From NCBI GenBank assembly GCA_037128175.1, contig JBAXWY010000011.1, positions 1-64,000 of the forward strand: a stretch of DNA of 64,000 nt. Direction: 5' to 3'. The position numbers and the translations under genes were made by a program. Origin of the DNA: Methanothrix sp. Its GTDB lineage: Archaea; Halobacteriota; Methanosarcinia; Methanotrichales; Methanotrichaceae. This document shows, one piece after another, positions 20,174 to 31,321 of this stretch; within the stretch, counting starts at the first letter, position 1; the number at the start of each line of letters is the position of its first letter. The notes beneath the pieces were generated by a model. That model had not been told where the DNA came from, made no database searches, and saw only the letters and a program-made list of their open reading frames with translations.

Positions 20174-20887
20174 TCAAAGAACATCCGAGAGCATATGCCG
20201 TCGCGGGCCTTCCGAGTCCCGCAGGAAGAATCTGGGTTTCAGCCTTCCCCTGACCCGAACTCTTGCGTAGACGAGGATTTTATCATTCCGTCCGGACTTT
20301 TCCGCCAGCAGTGCCTCCAGCGTCTCCTTTTCCCTTTCCGACAATTCGATCTCGCTCTCTTTGCCCGTCGACCAATCAAAGATCCTTGCCCGGTACTGGG
20401 TTTTGATATGCAAGAGAGTGCCTTTCTCTCGATCCTCAATCGATCGTATGCGGCAGGCATACTCCACAGGGCTCTCGAACTCCTGGCATGCCTCATCCGG
20501 CAGGCACAGTCCCAGGTCGGCTACACCCAGATCGGGGTAGCCTTTGCTCTGCCGCTGCATAACCCGGCATTTGGGGCAGTTCATCTTCATGAACCACTCC
20601 TCAAAGATCCGTTCCTCTACAGCGGCTACACCCGACCAGAGCTGCATTGCCTCCTCACGGCTGTAGCCTGCCTGTCCCAGGAATGCGGCCAGGATGGCAG
20701 CGATCCTGTGCTTGCCGCTCTCGCCTGCCGCTCCGGCCATTATGCCCTTGATGCAGGGCGGAAAAGCCTTCGCTTCTGCCGGATCATGGGCCGTCCAGAG
20801 CATCTCCTCCCGTCGTTCGACAGCCTGAACGGAAATTGGAATCTCCTTTCCCTCCGCAGGTAGAGGGCTGCGCTTTTTCGAGGGCAT
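20174..20887 (-). CDS. Protein with a primase large-subunit C-terminal-like Cys (Fe-S) domain
   Basis: FPPCIKGI..KHRIAAILAAFL..CPKC..LGLCLPDEAC. Confidence 0.55.
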   Translation of the reverse strand: MPSKKRSPLPAEGKEIPISVQAVERREEMLWTAHDPAEAKAFPPCIKGIMAGAAGESGKHRIAAILAAFLGQAGYSREEAMQLWSGVAAVEERIFEEWFMKMNCPKCRVMQRQSKGYPDLGVADLGLCLPDEACQEFESPVEYACRIRSIEDREKGTLLHIKTQYRARIFDWSTGKESEIELSEREKETLEALLAEKSGRNDKILVYARVRVRGRLKPRFFLRDSEGPRRHMLSDVL

Positions 20888-20889
20888 CC

Positions 20890-22410
20890 TTATGCTCTCT
20901 TGTGGCCTCCCATGAAATAGGCCTGTGTGTCCCTGTCCCCTCGCGCCTGCTGGGGCACGGGTGCAGCACCTTTGCGTGACTCATACTCCATTCTCTCTTT
21001 GAGGATGCATTTGCCGCCCCTCATGCCTCCCAGCGGGTTTTTGGGAGTGCCCATGGAGTTCATGCAGCGGGCCATGACAGCCGCGCCCCGCGCCAGGCCA
21101 TCGTCCACGAAGACCACGTTCTTCTCCACCTGCTCATATAGCCCCAGCTTCTCTATCTCCTCCAAAATAAGGGCCGGTTTGCCGCCGCTGATTCCCGCCC
21201 GCCCGGTCACTCCCAGGGCCGTATCCTTGGTGACGACTCCCTCCTCGACTCCCACCTGCACCAGCCGGCGGGCCACGCGAGCCATGGCCATGTCCAGTGT
21301 GCCGAAAAGTATCCTCAAATTTTTGGATTTGTAAAGATCTTCTCCTATTTTGGAGAGCTTTGGGAGGTCGCTGCCATTCACTCCCACATCGCAGCCGATG
21401 AGAACGACGTTATTCAAGGCCGCAGCCTGCGGGCACACGGGCACGAGACCGTATTTGGTGCGGCTGGCCGGAACCTTCTCTATTACTACCAGCTCGTCGA
21501 TCTGATCCGCGTACTGCTGCGCCTCTTTGCCGTAATCAGGCTTGGTATTGCCGTCAAAGATATCCAGTGTGGCTCCGGTCATCTTGTCCACCAGTCCCGT
21601 TCCCTGGACAACGGCATCGGGAATGGCTCCGGCCAGGCCGAGAAGATTGCCGATGGTATAGGCATAGGGAAGATCTCCACTGGTCACTCTACCGTCCAGT
21701 GTGGTGCCGAAGTCCATGGAGAGGCAGGGATTTCTAAAGTCCACATCCGTCCAGCGGCTGCCTTCCTTTATGCCGGCGGTAGCCAGCTCCCCCTCCATCT
21801 CGTTGGCTACGACTTCCACGCCGGTAGAACCCTGCGGCGGAAAACAAGAGGCCACGGCCCCCATGAAGATCACCTTCTCAATCATGGTGTAGCGCTTGAA
21901 CTTATCCAAGATGTTATGGATGCTCATGGCCGGTGTCATTAGCCGGGGCGGAACGCCGGCATCGAGACAGCCCTTGGCCAGGGCCTGGATGAAGGCGCCC
22001 ACCTGGTCTGGGGAATCCAGCTCGGCCACTACCCCGGTGGAGCGCACCACGAAGTGCAGATCGGTCTTGATGTCCAGACGTGCCCTATCATGGCTCTCAA
22101 TGAGGGTGTTTTTCACCAGTTCGGTAATAGACTCTCTGGTGAGGGGCGTCCCGTTGATGGTATGGGCAAATACCTCTTCACCAGCTTTTGGTCTACGCAC
22201 ATCTCTGGTCATCTTCACCGTCTTATTGACGATGTAGGTCTTGCCGGTGTTCATGTCCGTGGCGGTGAGTATGCATTTGGTCGTGGTATTGCCCACTTCT
22301 ACCGAGGCCACGATGTAAAATGGTTTGCTGTGAAGATCAAGGTAGTTGAAGGGCGGGCTACTAGCAATGCGTGGTGTGGGTTTGGACTTAAAGAGGCGAC
22401 CGAAGTTCAT
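20890..22410 (-). CDS. mmp14: Methanogenesis marker protein 14
   Basis: VASVEVGNTTTKCIL, FVVRSTGV, NEMEGEL, MDFGTTL, DDGLARGAAVMARCMNS. Confidence 0.88.
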   Translation of the reverse strand: MNFGRLFKSKPTPRIASSPPFNYLDLHSKPFYIVASVEVGNTTTKCILTATDMNTGKTYIVNKTVKMTRDVRRPKAGEEVFAHTINGTPLTRESITELVKNTLIESHDRARLDIKTDLHFVVRSTGVVAELDSPDQVGAFIQALAKGCLDAGVPPRLMTPAMSIHNILDKFKRYTMIEKVIFMGAVASCFPPQGSTGVEVVANEMEGELATAGIKEGSRWTDVDFRNPCLSMDFGTTLDGRVTSGDLPYAYTIGNLLGLAGAIPDAVVQGTGLVDKMTGATLDIFDGNTKPDYGKEAQQYADQIDELVVIEKVPASRTKYGLVPVCPQAAALNNVVLIGCDVGVNGSDLPKLSKIGEDLYKSKNLRILFGTLDMAMARVARRLVQVGVEEGVVTKDTALGVTGRAGISGGKPALILEEIEKLGLYEQVEKNVVFVDDGLARGAAVMARCMNSMGTPKNPLGGMRGGKCILKERMEYESRKGAAPVPQQARGDRDTQAYFMGGHKRA

Positions 22411-22625
22411 GGTGAGAGGAAATAGGAGGAGGTGAGATTAAAGCTTTGGGTGGGACGATTCCAGTAAAAAAGGTCACCTAAATAAACTGAGAGATAATTC
22501 GTGCAACCCAACAATAGCCTTTAAATAGAATCATCTCCATTTAAAGTCCAAGTACTTTCTGTTCGCGCGATCTCCTCTCAACAGAAATTCATCCACTATT
22601 TAGTGAGAAACGTAAATCAGGTGAA

Positions 22626-22847
22626 ATGAGCATGGATCAATCAAGTATAGATCAATCAAGTATAGATCAACCAAGTATAGATCAACCAAGTGCAGATCAA
22701 CCGATTATAGATCAAGCCGAGAAGAAAAAGAATGAATCGGTGAATAAGTCAGGGCGCATGGCCATACTAGAGGAAGACAAAGCAAGAGAGGCCCGCAGGT
22801 GGCAGCGCAAAAGGGAGACTATTAAACGGTTCGCCGGGACGAAATGA
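22626..22847 (+). CDS. Small hypothetical protein with DQ(S/P)xx repeats and a basic C-terminus
   Basis: GGTGA RBS before ATG; 73 aa. Confidence 0.5.
   Translation: MSMDQSSIDQSSIDQPSIDQPSADQPIIDQAEKKKNESVNKSGRMAILEEDKAREARRWQRKRETIKRFAGTK
22635..22715 (+). repeat. 15-bp tandem repeat, about 5.4 copies (gatcaa(t/c)caagtata)
   Basis: Directly visible; in frame within 22626..22847. Confidence 0.9.
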
Positions 22848-23162
22848 GAAATCATTAGCTTTTACTCATTGGATTAGATTATCGCAATCGTCTATATCTA
22901 TTGAGAATAGAACGGGAAGGCGGCGATCCGCGGCAAATACTGTTTTATTTCTCCCTCCTTTACCCGGATCTCCCAACTACTCGCAAGTGCAGATTCCAAT
23001 GCCTGGCACTCCTGGCCGGCCATCATGCTGCAATATGTCGCGACGCCCTACATAACAAAAGAAATATATATCTGAAGTAACTATGTGGTAATTGGTGAGG
23101 GGGCTTCCTGTATCGAGCAAGACTGTAATCCCTTCTAAGATGCCCTTATCACCATTTACCCT

Positions 23163-24140
23163 TTAATCTTTTATCCCTTCCATGGTCACTGTGAAGACCG
23201 CTTCGCCGTCCGGCAGGTTGGGCGAATCCACCAGTTTAGCAATGCGTTTTTCGCCCTTGGACTTGCGTAGGTACAGTCGGAAAGTGGACGTATGCCCCAG
23301 CACGTGCCCGCCCACAGGCTTGGTCGGATCGCCAAAGAAGGTGTCCGGCTTGCTCATGACCTGATTGGTCACCAGAATCAGGGCATTGTTCAGATCGCCA
23401 AAACGCATCAGGTCGTGCAGGTGCTTGTTCAGCTTCTGCTGCCTGTTGGCAAGAGTGCCGCGCCCTACGTACTCCGCCCGGAAGTGGGCCGTCACGGAAT
23501 CTACGATGATCAGGCGCACAGGATATTCCGATTCCCTGGCCTTATCCGCCAGGTCCATGGCGCTCTCCGCCAGGAGGATCTGGTGATTGGAGTTGAAGGC
23601 TCTGGCCACGCTGATGTTTTTTAAAAAATCAGCCGGATCGCGCTCCTGGCCGTCCGGCGCGGGTGGCAGGCCCTTCACCATCTGAGCGATGCGCTCCGGC
23701 CGGAAGGTGTTCTCCGTGTCGATAATGATAGCAGAACCGTTCAGGCCGCCCATTTCCGTTGGCAGTTGCACGTTTATGGCCAGCTGGTGGGCCACCTGCG
23801 TCTTGCCCGAGCCGAATTCACCGTAGAGCTCCACTATGGACTGAGTCTCCATCCCCCCGCCCAAAAGTTCATTGAAGCCCTTGCTACCGGTAGTGATCTT
23901 GCCCACCAGCTTTCTGCGCTCTAGTATTCGGTCTCCCGTCTCAAAGCCGCCCACATCCGCAGCTTCTCTGGCCCCGGCAATGATCTTGGCCGCTGTGGCT
24001 TCCCCCACCTCTGCCGCGGCCACCAGTTCGCCTGGAGAGGCAACAGCTATAGCTTCCACGGAACTAAAGCCAGCCTCGCGCAGCTTTTCCGCAGTGGCCG
24101 GACCCACACCCGGCAGATCTTCCAGTAATTTTGTCGGCAT
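23163..24140 (-). CDS. radA: DNA repair and recombination protein RadA
   Basis: [45 protein letters not shown]. Confidence 0.97.
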   Translation of the reverse strand: MPTKLLEDLPGVGPATAEKLREAGFSSVEAIAVASPGELVAAAEVGEATAAKIIAGAREAADVGGFETGDRILERRKLVGKITTGSKGFNELLGGGMETQSIVELYGEFGSGKTQVAHQLAINVQLPTEMGGLNGSAIIIDTENTFRPERIAQMVKGLPPAPDGQERDPADFLKNISVARAFNSNHQILLAESAMDLADKARESEYPVRLIIVDSVTAHFRAEYVGRGTLANRQQKLNKHLHDLMRFGDLNNALILVTNQVMSKPDTFFGDPTKPVGGHVLGHTSTFRLYLRKSKGEKRIAKLVDSPNLPDGEAVFTVTMEGIKD

Positions 24141-24199
24141 CTTCCCAGTTCCTTAGAATATTTCTCAAATGAGAGTAAAGCAGATCATCTTTAACAAGG

Positions 24200-25315
24200 T
24201 TATCCAGGCGGGGCGAAAGTAATCCTGGTGCGCCATCCGCAAGACAATTCCAGCTCCTCGTTCCAGCCGCTCTTGGCCAGGGCATCGATCAGCACCGCTT
24301 TGCAGCCCAGATCCAGGGTCCGCAAGAGATCAACATGCTCTGCCCAAAGAGCCACTTTGATGCGGCCCGTCTCATCGGAGATGTAGATATTGGCCACCCG
24401 TCCGGCTTTTCCGTCATCTCTTTGAAACTCCCGCACCTCTCCCAGACCCGTCACAAAGCCAGAGACGCTGCAGAGCATGCCCGGCTTGAGGTCGGATATG
24501 GGCGTCATTATCTCTGTGAACTGCACATTTTTGCTGCTCTTCAAAACGGTGCTGTAGCTTCCCGTCTGAATCTCCAGCGATCCATATCTCTCCCGGCATG
24601 AGCCGTTCCTAACTTCAATTGTCTCGCCCTTCTCCAAAGCCATCGCTGCCTGCTCATCCCAGAGGGTAAGCCTGATCTTGCCCGTCTCGTCTCCCAAAAG
24701 CACGGTACGAACCTGTCCTTTGCCTCCGTCTTTACGCAGGAACTCCCTGATCTCGCCTGCGTCCACAACGACGCCTAGAAGGCTGACCTCGCCCATATCG
24801 CCCTTTATCTCCGCAATTTTATAGGGCGTTGTCCTTGGCACGATGTCTAAATCTATCTCCTCGATGCCCCCGCTTCTGCCTAAGGTAACCTCAGTTCCCG
24901 CGTAGCCCTCTTTGGCCAGACCCCTTATCTTGAGGCACTGGTCGATCTTCAGATCTCCGGAGCGGACCAACTCTACCGTCTCATCCCAGAGAGCCACGCG
25001 CACAGATCCCGTCTCATCGGCCAGCGTCAGGTTGGCGACCCTTCCAAGGGATCCGTCCGAGCGGGGAAACTCGCGGATCTCGGAGACACTGAGCACTTTC
25101 CCCGTGAAGGTGACATTTCCCGTCTCCGGCCTGATGCTGCCAATCTTGGTGAGAACCTCAGATGCACCCAGGTCACGGGCCACGAGCAATGCCGCCGTCC
25201 TGCTGTCGCACAGACCGGCCATGAGGGCTACCTTCTCCTCTACTCTCGCCTGGAAATCCTCCGGTGTTATCTGATCGGCCAGCTGCCGGTAAATCTCCTC
25301 TACTTGCTCGTCCAT
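24200..25315 (-). CDS. rpa: Replication protein A-type OB-fold ssDNA-binding protein
   Basis: Three repeats of REF.R.DG..G.V....DETG.I...LW; upstream of radA. Confidence 0.85.
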   Translation of the reverse strand: MDEQVEEIYRQLADQITPEDFQARVEEKVALMAGLCDSRTAALLVARDLGASEVLTKIGSIRPETGNVTFTGKVLSVSEIREFPRSDGSLGRVANLTLADETGSVRVALWDETVELVRSGDLKIDQCLKIRGLAKEGYAGTEVTLGRSGGIEEIDLDIVPRTTPYKIAEIKGDMGEVSLLGVVVDAGEIREFLRKDGGKGQVRTVLLGDETGKIRLTLWDEQAAMALEKGETIEVRNGSCRERYGSLEIQTGSYSTVLKSSKNVQFTEIMTPISDLKPGMLCSVSGFVTGLGEVREFQRDDGKAGRVANIYISDETGRIKVALWAEHVDLLRTLDLGCKAVLIDALAKSGWNEELELSCGWRTRITFAPPG

Positions 25316-25321
25316 CCCCTA

Positions 25322-27058
25322 TCATCCATGAATTGCATAACGCTCTTCCAGGTACTTCAGATAGGGGGCATGGCAGGAGGCCAGGAAGGCGTTGCAGACC
25401 GTTGCCGGATCTCCGTCCGCTGCAATGGCTCCATTTTCAATGAGCATGGCCCGGTGGGAGATCTCCTTGACGAAATCAACATGGTGGCTGACCAGGATTA
25501 TGGTGGTGCCAAACTCAGCATTGATCTTCTTAATGGCGTTGGAGACCTCACGCATGGTGATGGGGTCGATATCGCCGAAGGGCTCATCCAGAATCAGGAT
25601 CTTGGGACGGGCGGCCAGGATAATGGCCAAAGATGCTCTCACCAACTCTCCGCCGCTCAGCTGCTCGGGCAGCTTCCACATCGCCTCTCGATCAAGGTTT
25701 ATCAGATCAAAGATCGGCTCTGCATACTCGCGGGCCACAGTCGTCGGAAATCTGGGAAACAGATCTTTGAATATGTCTCTGGTCAGTCCCAGTGACTCAA
25801 GGGCGGCTTTGGCGTCCTCTTCCGACATATCCGTCATGGCATAGATGACATCAAGCACCTTGTCGCTTATGCCCAGCTCCTCTGCCACATCCCTTGCATG
25901 GTCAATCACATCATTGCCCTTGATGCCCATTTTATAGGCAATCTGATCGAGAATGGTTTCACCAGCATAAAGAGCGAACTCCTGATACATGATGCCTAAA
26001 GAGCGGCGCACATTCATTCTATCGGGCGAGTAGTTCATCATGTCTACCCATTTATCGCCGTACCGAAAAGACACGACTCCTTCGTCCGGCATCCGAACGC
26101 CCTGCATGATCTTGAGAAGAGTGGTCTTTCCCCCACCGCTGTTGCCGATGATTGATGTGATCTCGCCCTCTAATATGTCAAAGTTGAGGTTCTCCATTCT
26201 GAGGACATTCAGGACCTCTCCTGTGCAAATCTGGCAGCCTCTCTTTGATAGACCTCTCACTTTAATAAGAGGCAAGGCACCGGGCCAGGATGCCAGAGGC
26301 TCCATTTTGCCAATTCCTGCCATGAACTGGTCCAGGACCTCTCTAGGCTTCCCATCGGCGACGATCTTGCCCTTCTCCAGCCAGATCAGTCTATGTGCCA
26401 GATACTCATGAATCTCAGGCAGATGTGATACTACGATTATGGTCAGATCCAGCTCCTTGTTCACGTTCTTGATGGCATCCAGCACTTCTTGTTTGGTGGC
26501 CGGACAGGCCATGGTGGCCGGCTCATCCAGCAGCAATATTTTGGGCTTCTTGGCCAGTTGCCTGGCAATAAGAAGCCTCTGCTTCTCGCCGCCGCTCAGG
26601 ATGGTGGCCAGATGGCGCGCCTTGTCTCCCAGGCCCACCAGCCGCAGGTAGTACATGGCCTCCAGGTACATCTCATCATAGTCCCCGTCCTCGGGAATAG
26701 GCAGAAGCTCATAACCGGTTTTCCTGGCATGAATCCTTCGCACTACGTTTTTAAGGGCACTCTCTGTCCAGAGTGCGAAATCCCTTTGCAGATGTATGGC
26801 TGTAACGGCCATTTGCGCCCTTTTCACCTCGTCGCTGGAATCAGGTGTGATGGTCATGCCATCCAGGAATATCTTGCCGGAATCAAAACTCTCCATGCCT
26901 CTCAGGATCTTCATGAGAGTGCTTTTGCCTCCCCCGCTCTTTCCCACCAATCCTAAAATCTCACCCGGCCTGGTGGTGAAGCTGACATTTTCAAGAGCCA
27001 CAACATCTCTGTCCTTCACCCTGTATGTCTTGGACAGATTCTCGATCTGAAGCAGAAT
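25322..27058 (-). CDS. Dual-ABC-domain ATPase, paralog of MCR component A2; probable non-AUG start (ATT 27058 or CTG 27055)
   Basis: [35 protein letters not shown]; similar to 53065..54675; GGAGG precedes ATT-CTG-CTT-CAG-ATC-GAG-AAT-CTG-TCC-AAG. Confidence 0.75.
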   Translation of the reverse strand: MLLQIENLSKTYRVKDRDVVALENVSFTTRPGEILGLVGKSGGGKSTLMKILRGMESFDSGKIFLDGMTITPDSSDEVKRAQMAVTAIHLQRDFALWTESALKNVVRRIHARKTGYELLPIPEDGDYDEMYLEAMYYLRLVGLGDKARHLATILSGGEKQRLLIARQLAKKPKILLLDEPATMACPATKQEVLDAIKNVNKELDLTIIVVSHLPEIHEYLAHRLIWLEKGKIVADGKPREVLDQFMAGIGKMEPLASWPGALPLIKVRGLSKRGCQICTGEVLNVLRMENLNFDILEGEITSIIGNSGGGKTTLLKIMQGVRMPDEGVVSFRYGDKWVDMMNYSPDRMNVRRSLGIMYQEFALYAGETILDQIAYKMGIKGNDVIDHARDVAEELGISDKVLDVIYAMTDMSEEDAKAALESLGLTRDIFKDLFPRFPTTVAREYAEPIFDLINLDREAMWKLPEQLSGGELVRASLAIILAARPKILILDEPFGDIDPITMREVSNAIKKINAEFGTTIILVSHHVDFVKEISHRAMLIENGAIAADGDPATVCNAFLASCHAPYLKYLEERYAIHG

Positions 27059-27067
27059 AAAAACCTC

Positions 27068-29095
27068 CTATCTTACTTTAGTTCCCGTTTCCACAATTTC
27101 ACGCGGCCGGAGCAGCACGGCCTTGCCGGCTGCATCTGCCGCTAGGAGCATGGCTTGCGACTCGACGCCAAAGAGCTTGGTCGATTTAAGATTGGCCAAA
27201 ACGACCACCTGCGTGCCTACCAGCTCCTCAGCTCTGTAGGCCTCTGCAATGCCTGCCACCACCTGACGAGTCTCGCCACCGATATCGACCAGGAGCTTGA
27301 GCAGCTTTTTTGAGCCCTTAATGGGGCCGGCCTCCTTAATTTCACCTATACGTAAGTCTAATGATCCAAAATTTTCAAAAGAGATTTCACCCTTTTTTTC
27401 AGCCGTTTTTTCTGCTATCTTCCCCTTGACTTCGGCTTTTTCTACCCTTTCTTTAAAGATCCTGTCCAGCTCTTTGACGAAAGCCTCTTCCATGCGTGAG
27501 AAGAGGATCTCGGGAGTGCCGAGCGCTGCCCCTTCCGCCATGGGTTGCAAAGCCTCTTGGAAGTGTTTTTCCGCCACGGATCCTCCCTGGCCCAGTTGCT
27601 TCCAGGCATTTTGCATTTTTAAGGGCATGATCGGCTCCATGAAAATGACCAGCGCCTTGGCGATCTGCAGACAGCTTCTCAGCACGACACCGGCTGCTGC
27701 TTTATCGCTCTTGACCAGTTTCCAGGGTTCGTGGCTCTGGAAGTAGATATTGCCGTAGTCCGCCAGAGTCATCACGCTATCTGCGGCCTTCTTGAACTCA
27801 TACTCTTCCAGGCCGGATACAACCTCATTTAAGGTCTGCTTTATCCTGGCCATGACCTCCTGGTCGATCTCGCCCTGCGGAACAGAGCCCTCGAAGTTCT
27901 TCACGCTGAAGGTCAGGGCGCGGTTGAGGAAGTTTCCAAACGCTCCCACCAGCTCGGTGTTTACCTTATCTGCGAAGATCTTCCAGGCGAAGTTGACCTC
28001 TTTGTTGTGAGCGGTGTAACTGGCCAGATAGTAGCGCAGCAGATCGGGATGAAGTCCCTTTTCCAGGTAATCGTCTTTGACCCAGATGACATTGCCCCGC
28101 GATTTGGAAAACTTCTTGTCATCGATCTTGAGCATGCCGCTGGCCACTACTGCCGAAGGTAGGTTGTACCCGGCTCCTTTGAGCATGGCCGGCCAGAAGA
28201 TACAGTGATGGTAGACGATGTCCCCGCCGATGAAGTGTATGATCTTGGCATCATTCTTCCAATAGGTCTGCCAGTCCCGGCCGTTCTTGGCACACCACTC
28301 CTCGGTGAAGGCGATGTAGCCGATGGGCGCATCCACCCAGACATAGACCACCAGATCGTCGTGTCCGGGAAACTTGACGCCCCAGGCCATATTGCGGGTT
28401 ATGCACCAGTCCTTCAGCTCCTGGCGGACCCATTCCATAGCGTAATTGCGGGCGGAAGAGGTCCCTCCTAAAGTCTCAAGATACGAGAGGAGAAAATCCT
28501 TGAATTCGGAGAGTTTAAAGAAATAATGGATTTGCCTCCGATACTCGGCCTTTCCGCCGCAGACCTTGCAGACTGCGTTTTTGATCTCCCCCGGTTCCAG
28601 ATGACGACCGCAGCCCATGTCGCACTCATCGCCGCGAGCGGGTTTTCCGCAGTAGGGACACTCTCCCTCCACATATCTGTCCGGCAAGAAGCGCTCGCAT
28701 TTGGGACAGAAGGCCAGCTCGATCTCCTTGGAATAAACGTGGCCGCCGTCCATGAGGGCACTGACCATTTCTTGCGTGCGATTGTGGCAGGCGGTTTCGT
28801 CGGTGTCGCCGAAGTAGTCGAAGTCGACGCCCATTCCTTTGAAGACCTCGTCAAAGTGCTGGTGATATTTGGCCACGAGCGCTTTGGGCGTCGTTCCCTG
28901 GGCCTCGGCATTGACCACGATGGGAGTTCCGTGGGCGTCCGTGCCGCAGACGAAGAGCACCTCTTTGCCCATCTTTTTCAACCCTCGAACGAAGATGTCC
29001 GCAGGTACATAAGTTCTTAAATGGCCTAGATGACATGGCCCATTGGCATAGGGTAGGCCGCAGGTTACAAGGATAGGCGATGACAATGAGAACAC
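27068..29095 (-). CDS. metG: Methionyl-tRNA synthetase
   Basis: [12 protein letters not shown], zinc knuckles, KFSKS, C-terminal tRNA-binding OB domain. Confidence 0.97.
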   Translation of the reverse strand: MFSLSSPILVTCGLPYANGPCHLGHLRTYVPADIFVRGLKKMGKEVLFVCGTDAHGTPIVVNAEAQGTTPKALVAKYHQHFDEVFKGMGVDFDYFGDTDETACHNRTQEMVSALMDGGHVYSKEIELAFCPKCERFLPDRYVEGECPYCGKPARGDECDMGCGRHLEPGEIKNAVCKVCGGKAEYRRQIHYFFKLSEFKDFLLSYLETLGGTSSARNYAMEWVRQELKDWCITRNMAWGVKFPGHDDLVVYVWVDAPIGYIAFTEEWCAKNGRDWQTYWKNDAKIIHFIGGDIVYHHCIFWPAMLKGAGYNLPSAVVASGMLKIDDKKFSKSRGNVIWVKDDYLEKGLHPDLLRYYLASYTAHNKEVNFAWKIFADKVNTELVGAFGNFLNRALTFSVKNFEGSVPQGEIDQEVMARIKQTLNEVVSGLEEYEFKKAADSVMTLADYGNIYFQSHEPWKLVKSDKAAAGVVLRSCLQIAKALVIFMEPIMPLKMQNAWKQLGQGGSVAEKHFQEALQPMAEGAALGTPEILFSRMEEAFVKELDRIFKERVEKAEVKGKIAEKTAEKKGEISFENFGSLDLRIGEIKEAGPIKGSKKLLKLLVDIGGETRQVVAGIAEAYRAEELVGTQVVVLANLKSTKLFGVESQAMLLAADAAGKAVLLRPREIVETGTKVR

Positions 29096-29242
29096 CGCCT
29101 CTGCTTATGATGAAACAGGCAGATATAGGTTTCCCAGCCTGGGCAGTCTCGCCGGTTCCTATGAATTAGGTTCTTGGATAAAATGTATATATAACATTAG
29201 AGAAAATAGAATTAGAGACAATAGATCTAACGGGGGTATCAG

Positions 29243-30241
29243 ATGAGATTAATTGTTCTAACCCTTTTACTGGCTTTGGCCTTGGGCATGGCCCAGGCCG
29301 CGCCGCTGCAGGGCAGCGATGGAAACGCTACAGTCACGTTCTTCGGATCGAGCCGGACGCCTCTGGATGACGAGAATGCTACTCAGGAAATCTTAAATGT
29401 CGATGTCGGCCTAATGGGGACTGAGAATGCCTCATACCAATTGGTGGATGATAAAAATAATATCTACCTGCCCGGCCTGTACAAGCCGCTGTCTTCCGGA
29501 AAGCAGCTTGTTTTATTCCTGGTTCCCAAAGACAGCCTTTTTAAGCTCATAAATGCGACTACTGAGGGCGGAAATCCCATTTACATCAATTGGTGGGCGA
29601 CGCCCAAGGGCAGCAACGAGAACCTGGTGTTAAGGTACTATGGGATCGTTGATTGGCTGATCAATCCGGATGAGCAAGGAATAGTAATTCAGGTCCGCGT
29701 ACAGAATAACGGCACCAAAAACCTCATAGTCAATCCGCAAAATTTCACCCTGCTGGATCAGTGGGGCTGGCCCTACAGTCCCACGGCAGGATTTGATCCA
29801 GTGACGATCGGGCCGCAAGCTGCTACCGACCGTGTCCCGCTAGGTTTTGACGGCGTCTCGCTTATTAGCCGTCCTGCTGCCCTGGCATATGATTATGGGG
29901 CATCAAACCAGATCATCATAATGTTTGAGAGAGACTACGTGCCGCTTTCTGATGTAGCGGTCTATGGCGCCAATGCCACGAAGAGCGCGGCCAGCGTAGT
30001 GCCGGCACCTGCGGCCGTCCTGCCTACCTCGAATCCGGTCGCACAGAACGTGGCCGTGCCGGCTCCGGCTAACGAGACGAAAGAGACCAAGAAACTCTCG
30101 ATCAAGGATAAGTTAGCAGCCAGCAAGGCGCGGCTCGCGGCCACGAAAGTGAGTCTGGATAAAAAGACACCGGATACAAATGGCACAGCGAATAGTACAT
30201 CAAGCAACGCCTCGAATAGCTCATCGAGCATTTCCGCCTAA
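29243..30241 (+). CDS. Secreted hypothetical protein (DUF4352-like Ig domain), paralog of the next gene
   Basis: Signal peptide; VQNNGTKNL...NFTLLDQWGW; many NxT sequons. Confidence 0.65.
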   Translation: MRLIVLTLLLALALGMAQAAPLQGSDGNATVTFFGSSRTPLDDENATQEILNVDVGLMGTENASYQLVDDKNNIYLPGLYKPLSSGKQLVLFLVPKDSLFKLINATTEGGNPIYINWWATPKGSNENLVLRYYGIVDWLINPDEQGIVIQVRVQNNGTKNLIVNPQNFTLLDQWGWPYSPTAGFDPVTIGPQAATDRVPLGFDGVSLISRPAALAYDYGASNQIIIMFERDYVPLSDVAVYGANATKSAASVVPAPAAVLPTSNPVAQNVAVPAPANETKETKKLSIKDKLAASKARLAATKVSLDKKTPDTNGTANSTSSNASNSSSSISA

Positions 30242-30366
30242 GCCTTGACGGGTGGCTCTTCGAGCCGGTGCTCAGGCCTGGGAATCTCCCAGGCATTTAT
30301 CTATTCGAGGCAAAGATCCAAGAAGCACCCAAAAGAATATATCATAACATTGAAGGTATGTTATAG

Positions 30367-31299
30367 ATGAGATGGCTGGCTCTGGCACTGTTCATGATCC
30401 TATTACCAGGAATTGCCCAAGATTATCCACTGCAAATGAGCAATGGTGTCGTAAACTGCACTATCTTCGGCTCCTTCAAGGACCCCGGGTTTTCTGGATC
30501 CTCTTATTCCGACTCGTATTCCGTCCTGGTTATAGACACTCGCCTGGCCAGAATAAACGAAAGCGATAACGCACCAATTCGGGCTGCCTACAGCCTCACC
30601 GATGGAAACGACCGGGTTTTTCAAACCAGCGCTCAAAATATAAAAGAATTACAGCCAGGTCGCCGGCTGATTGGTTTTGTCGTCCCCAAGGAGACTATTG
30701 CCAAGAGCCTGACTATAGATTTGTCCCAGGACAAAGCAGGTGGGGAACAGTTCTCGCTTCGTTTTCCCGAGCTTGTCAACTCCAGCAACGAAAATGTGAC
30801 CTTGCTCTATTATGGAGTGCTCAGGTCCAGCACAAACTCCTACAAGAAGACAATTGAATTAGATGTGGCGATAACCAATAACGGCACAAAAAAGCTGGCC
30901 ATTGACGCCAATAACTTCACATTGTTGGACCAGTGGGACTGGAAGTACGACAGCAAAGAGTATGACAACTACGGAAAGAAGGGCATATCTGCCATGGTGC
31001 TTGAGAAAAATGAGACCATTAGATCCGGCCTGATCTTCAACTCCGTCTCGCCGCTCAGCCGACCGGTGGAGCTGGTCTACAGGTATTCCAATAACAGCTC
31101 CCTGACAATGAATATAGATGCCGAGGCTGGCCTTGTTTCTGCCCTACCGGATACGAAGAGCTGCGTTGAATGTGAAAGCCCAAAGGACGCCGCCTCCAGT
31201 CTGGCCGGCTCCATCAAGGCCACCAAAGCTAGGCTTGCCAAAGTCAAGAAGATAAACAGCACAGCAGAGAGCGCTCCCAAAGGGCGGGATGAGCTTTGA
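30367..31299 (+). CDS. Secreted hypothetical protein (DUF4352-like Ig domain)
   Basis: ITNNGTKKL...NFTLLDQWDW; shares SRP..L.Y.Y and KA(S/T)KARLA with the previous gene. Confidence 0.65.
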   Translation: MRWLALALFMILLPGIAQDYPLQMSNGVVNCTIFGSFKDPGFSGSSYSDSYSVLVIDTRLARINESDNAPIRAAYSLTDGNDRVFQTSAQNIKELQPGRRLIGFVVPKETIAKSLTIDLSQDKAGGEQFSLRFPELVNSSNENVTLLYYGVLRSSTNSYKKTIELDVAITNNGTKKLAIDANNFTLLDQWDWKYDSKEYDNYGKKGISAMVLEKNETIRSGLIFNSVSPLSRPVELVYRYSNNSSLTMNIDAEAGLVSALPDTKSCVECESPKDAASSLAGSIKATKARLAKVKKINSTAESAPKGRDEL

Positions 31300-31321
31300 G
31301 TCTTCAGGAAAACGCCATGGA

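Noticed and set aside
22635-22715. CRISPR array
   Set aside because: 15-bp head-to-tail repeats with no spacers, in frame in an ORF; no cas genes
30253-30294. Two small hairpins after 29243..30241 as an ncRNA
   Set aside because: Short stems right after a stop codon; adequately explained as terminator or mRNA-stability elements
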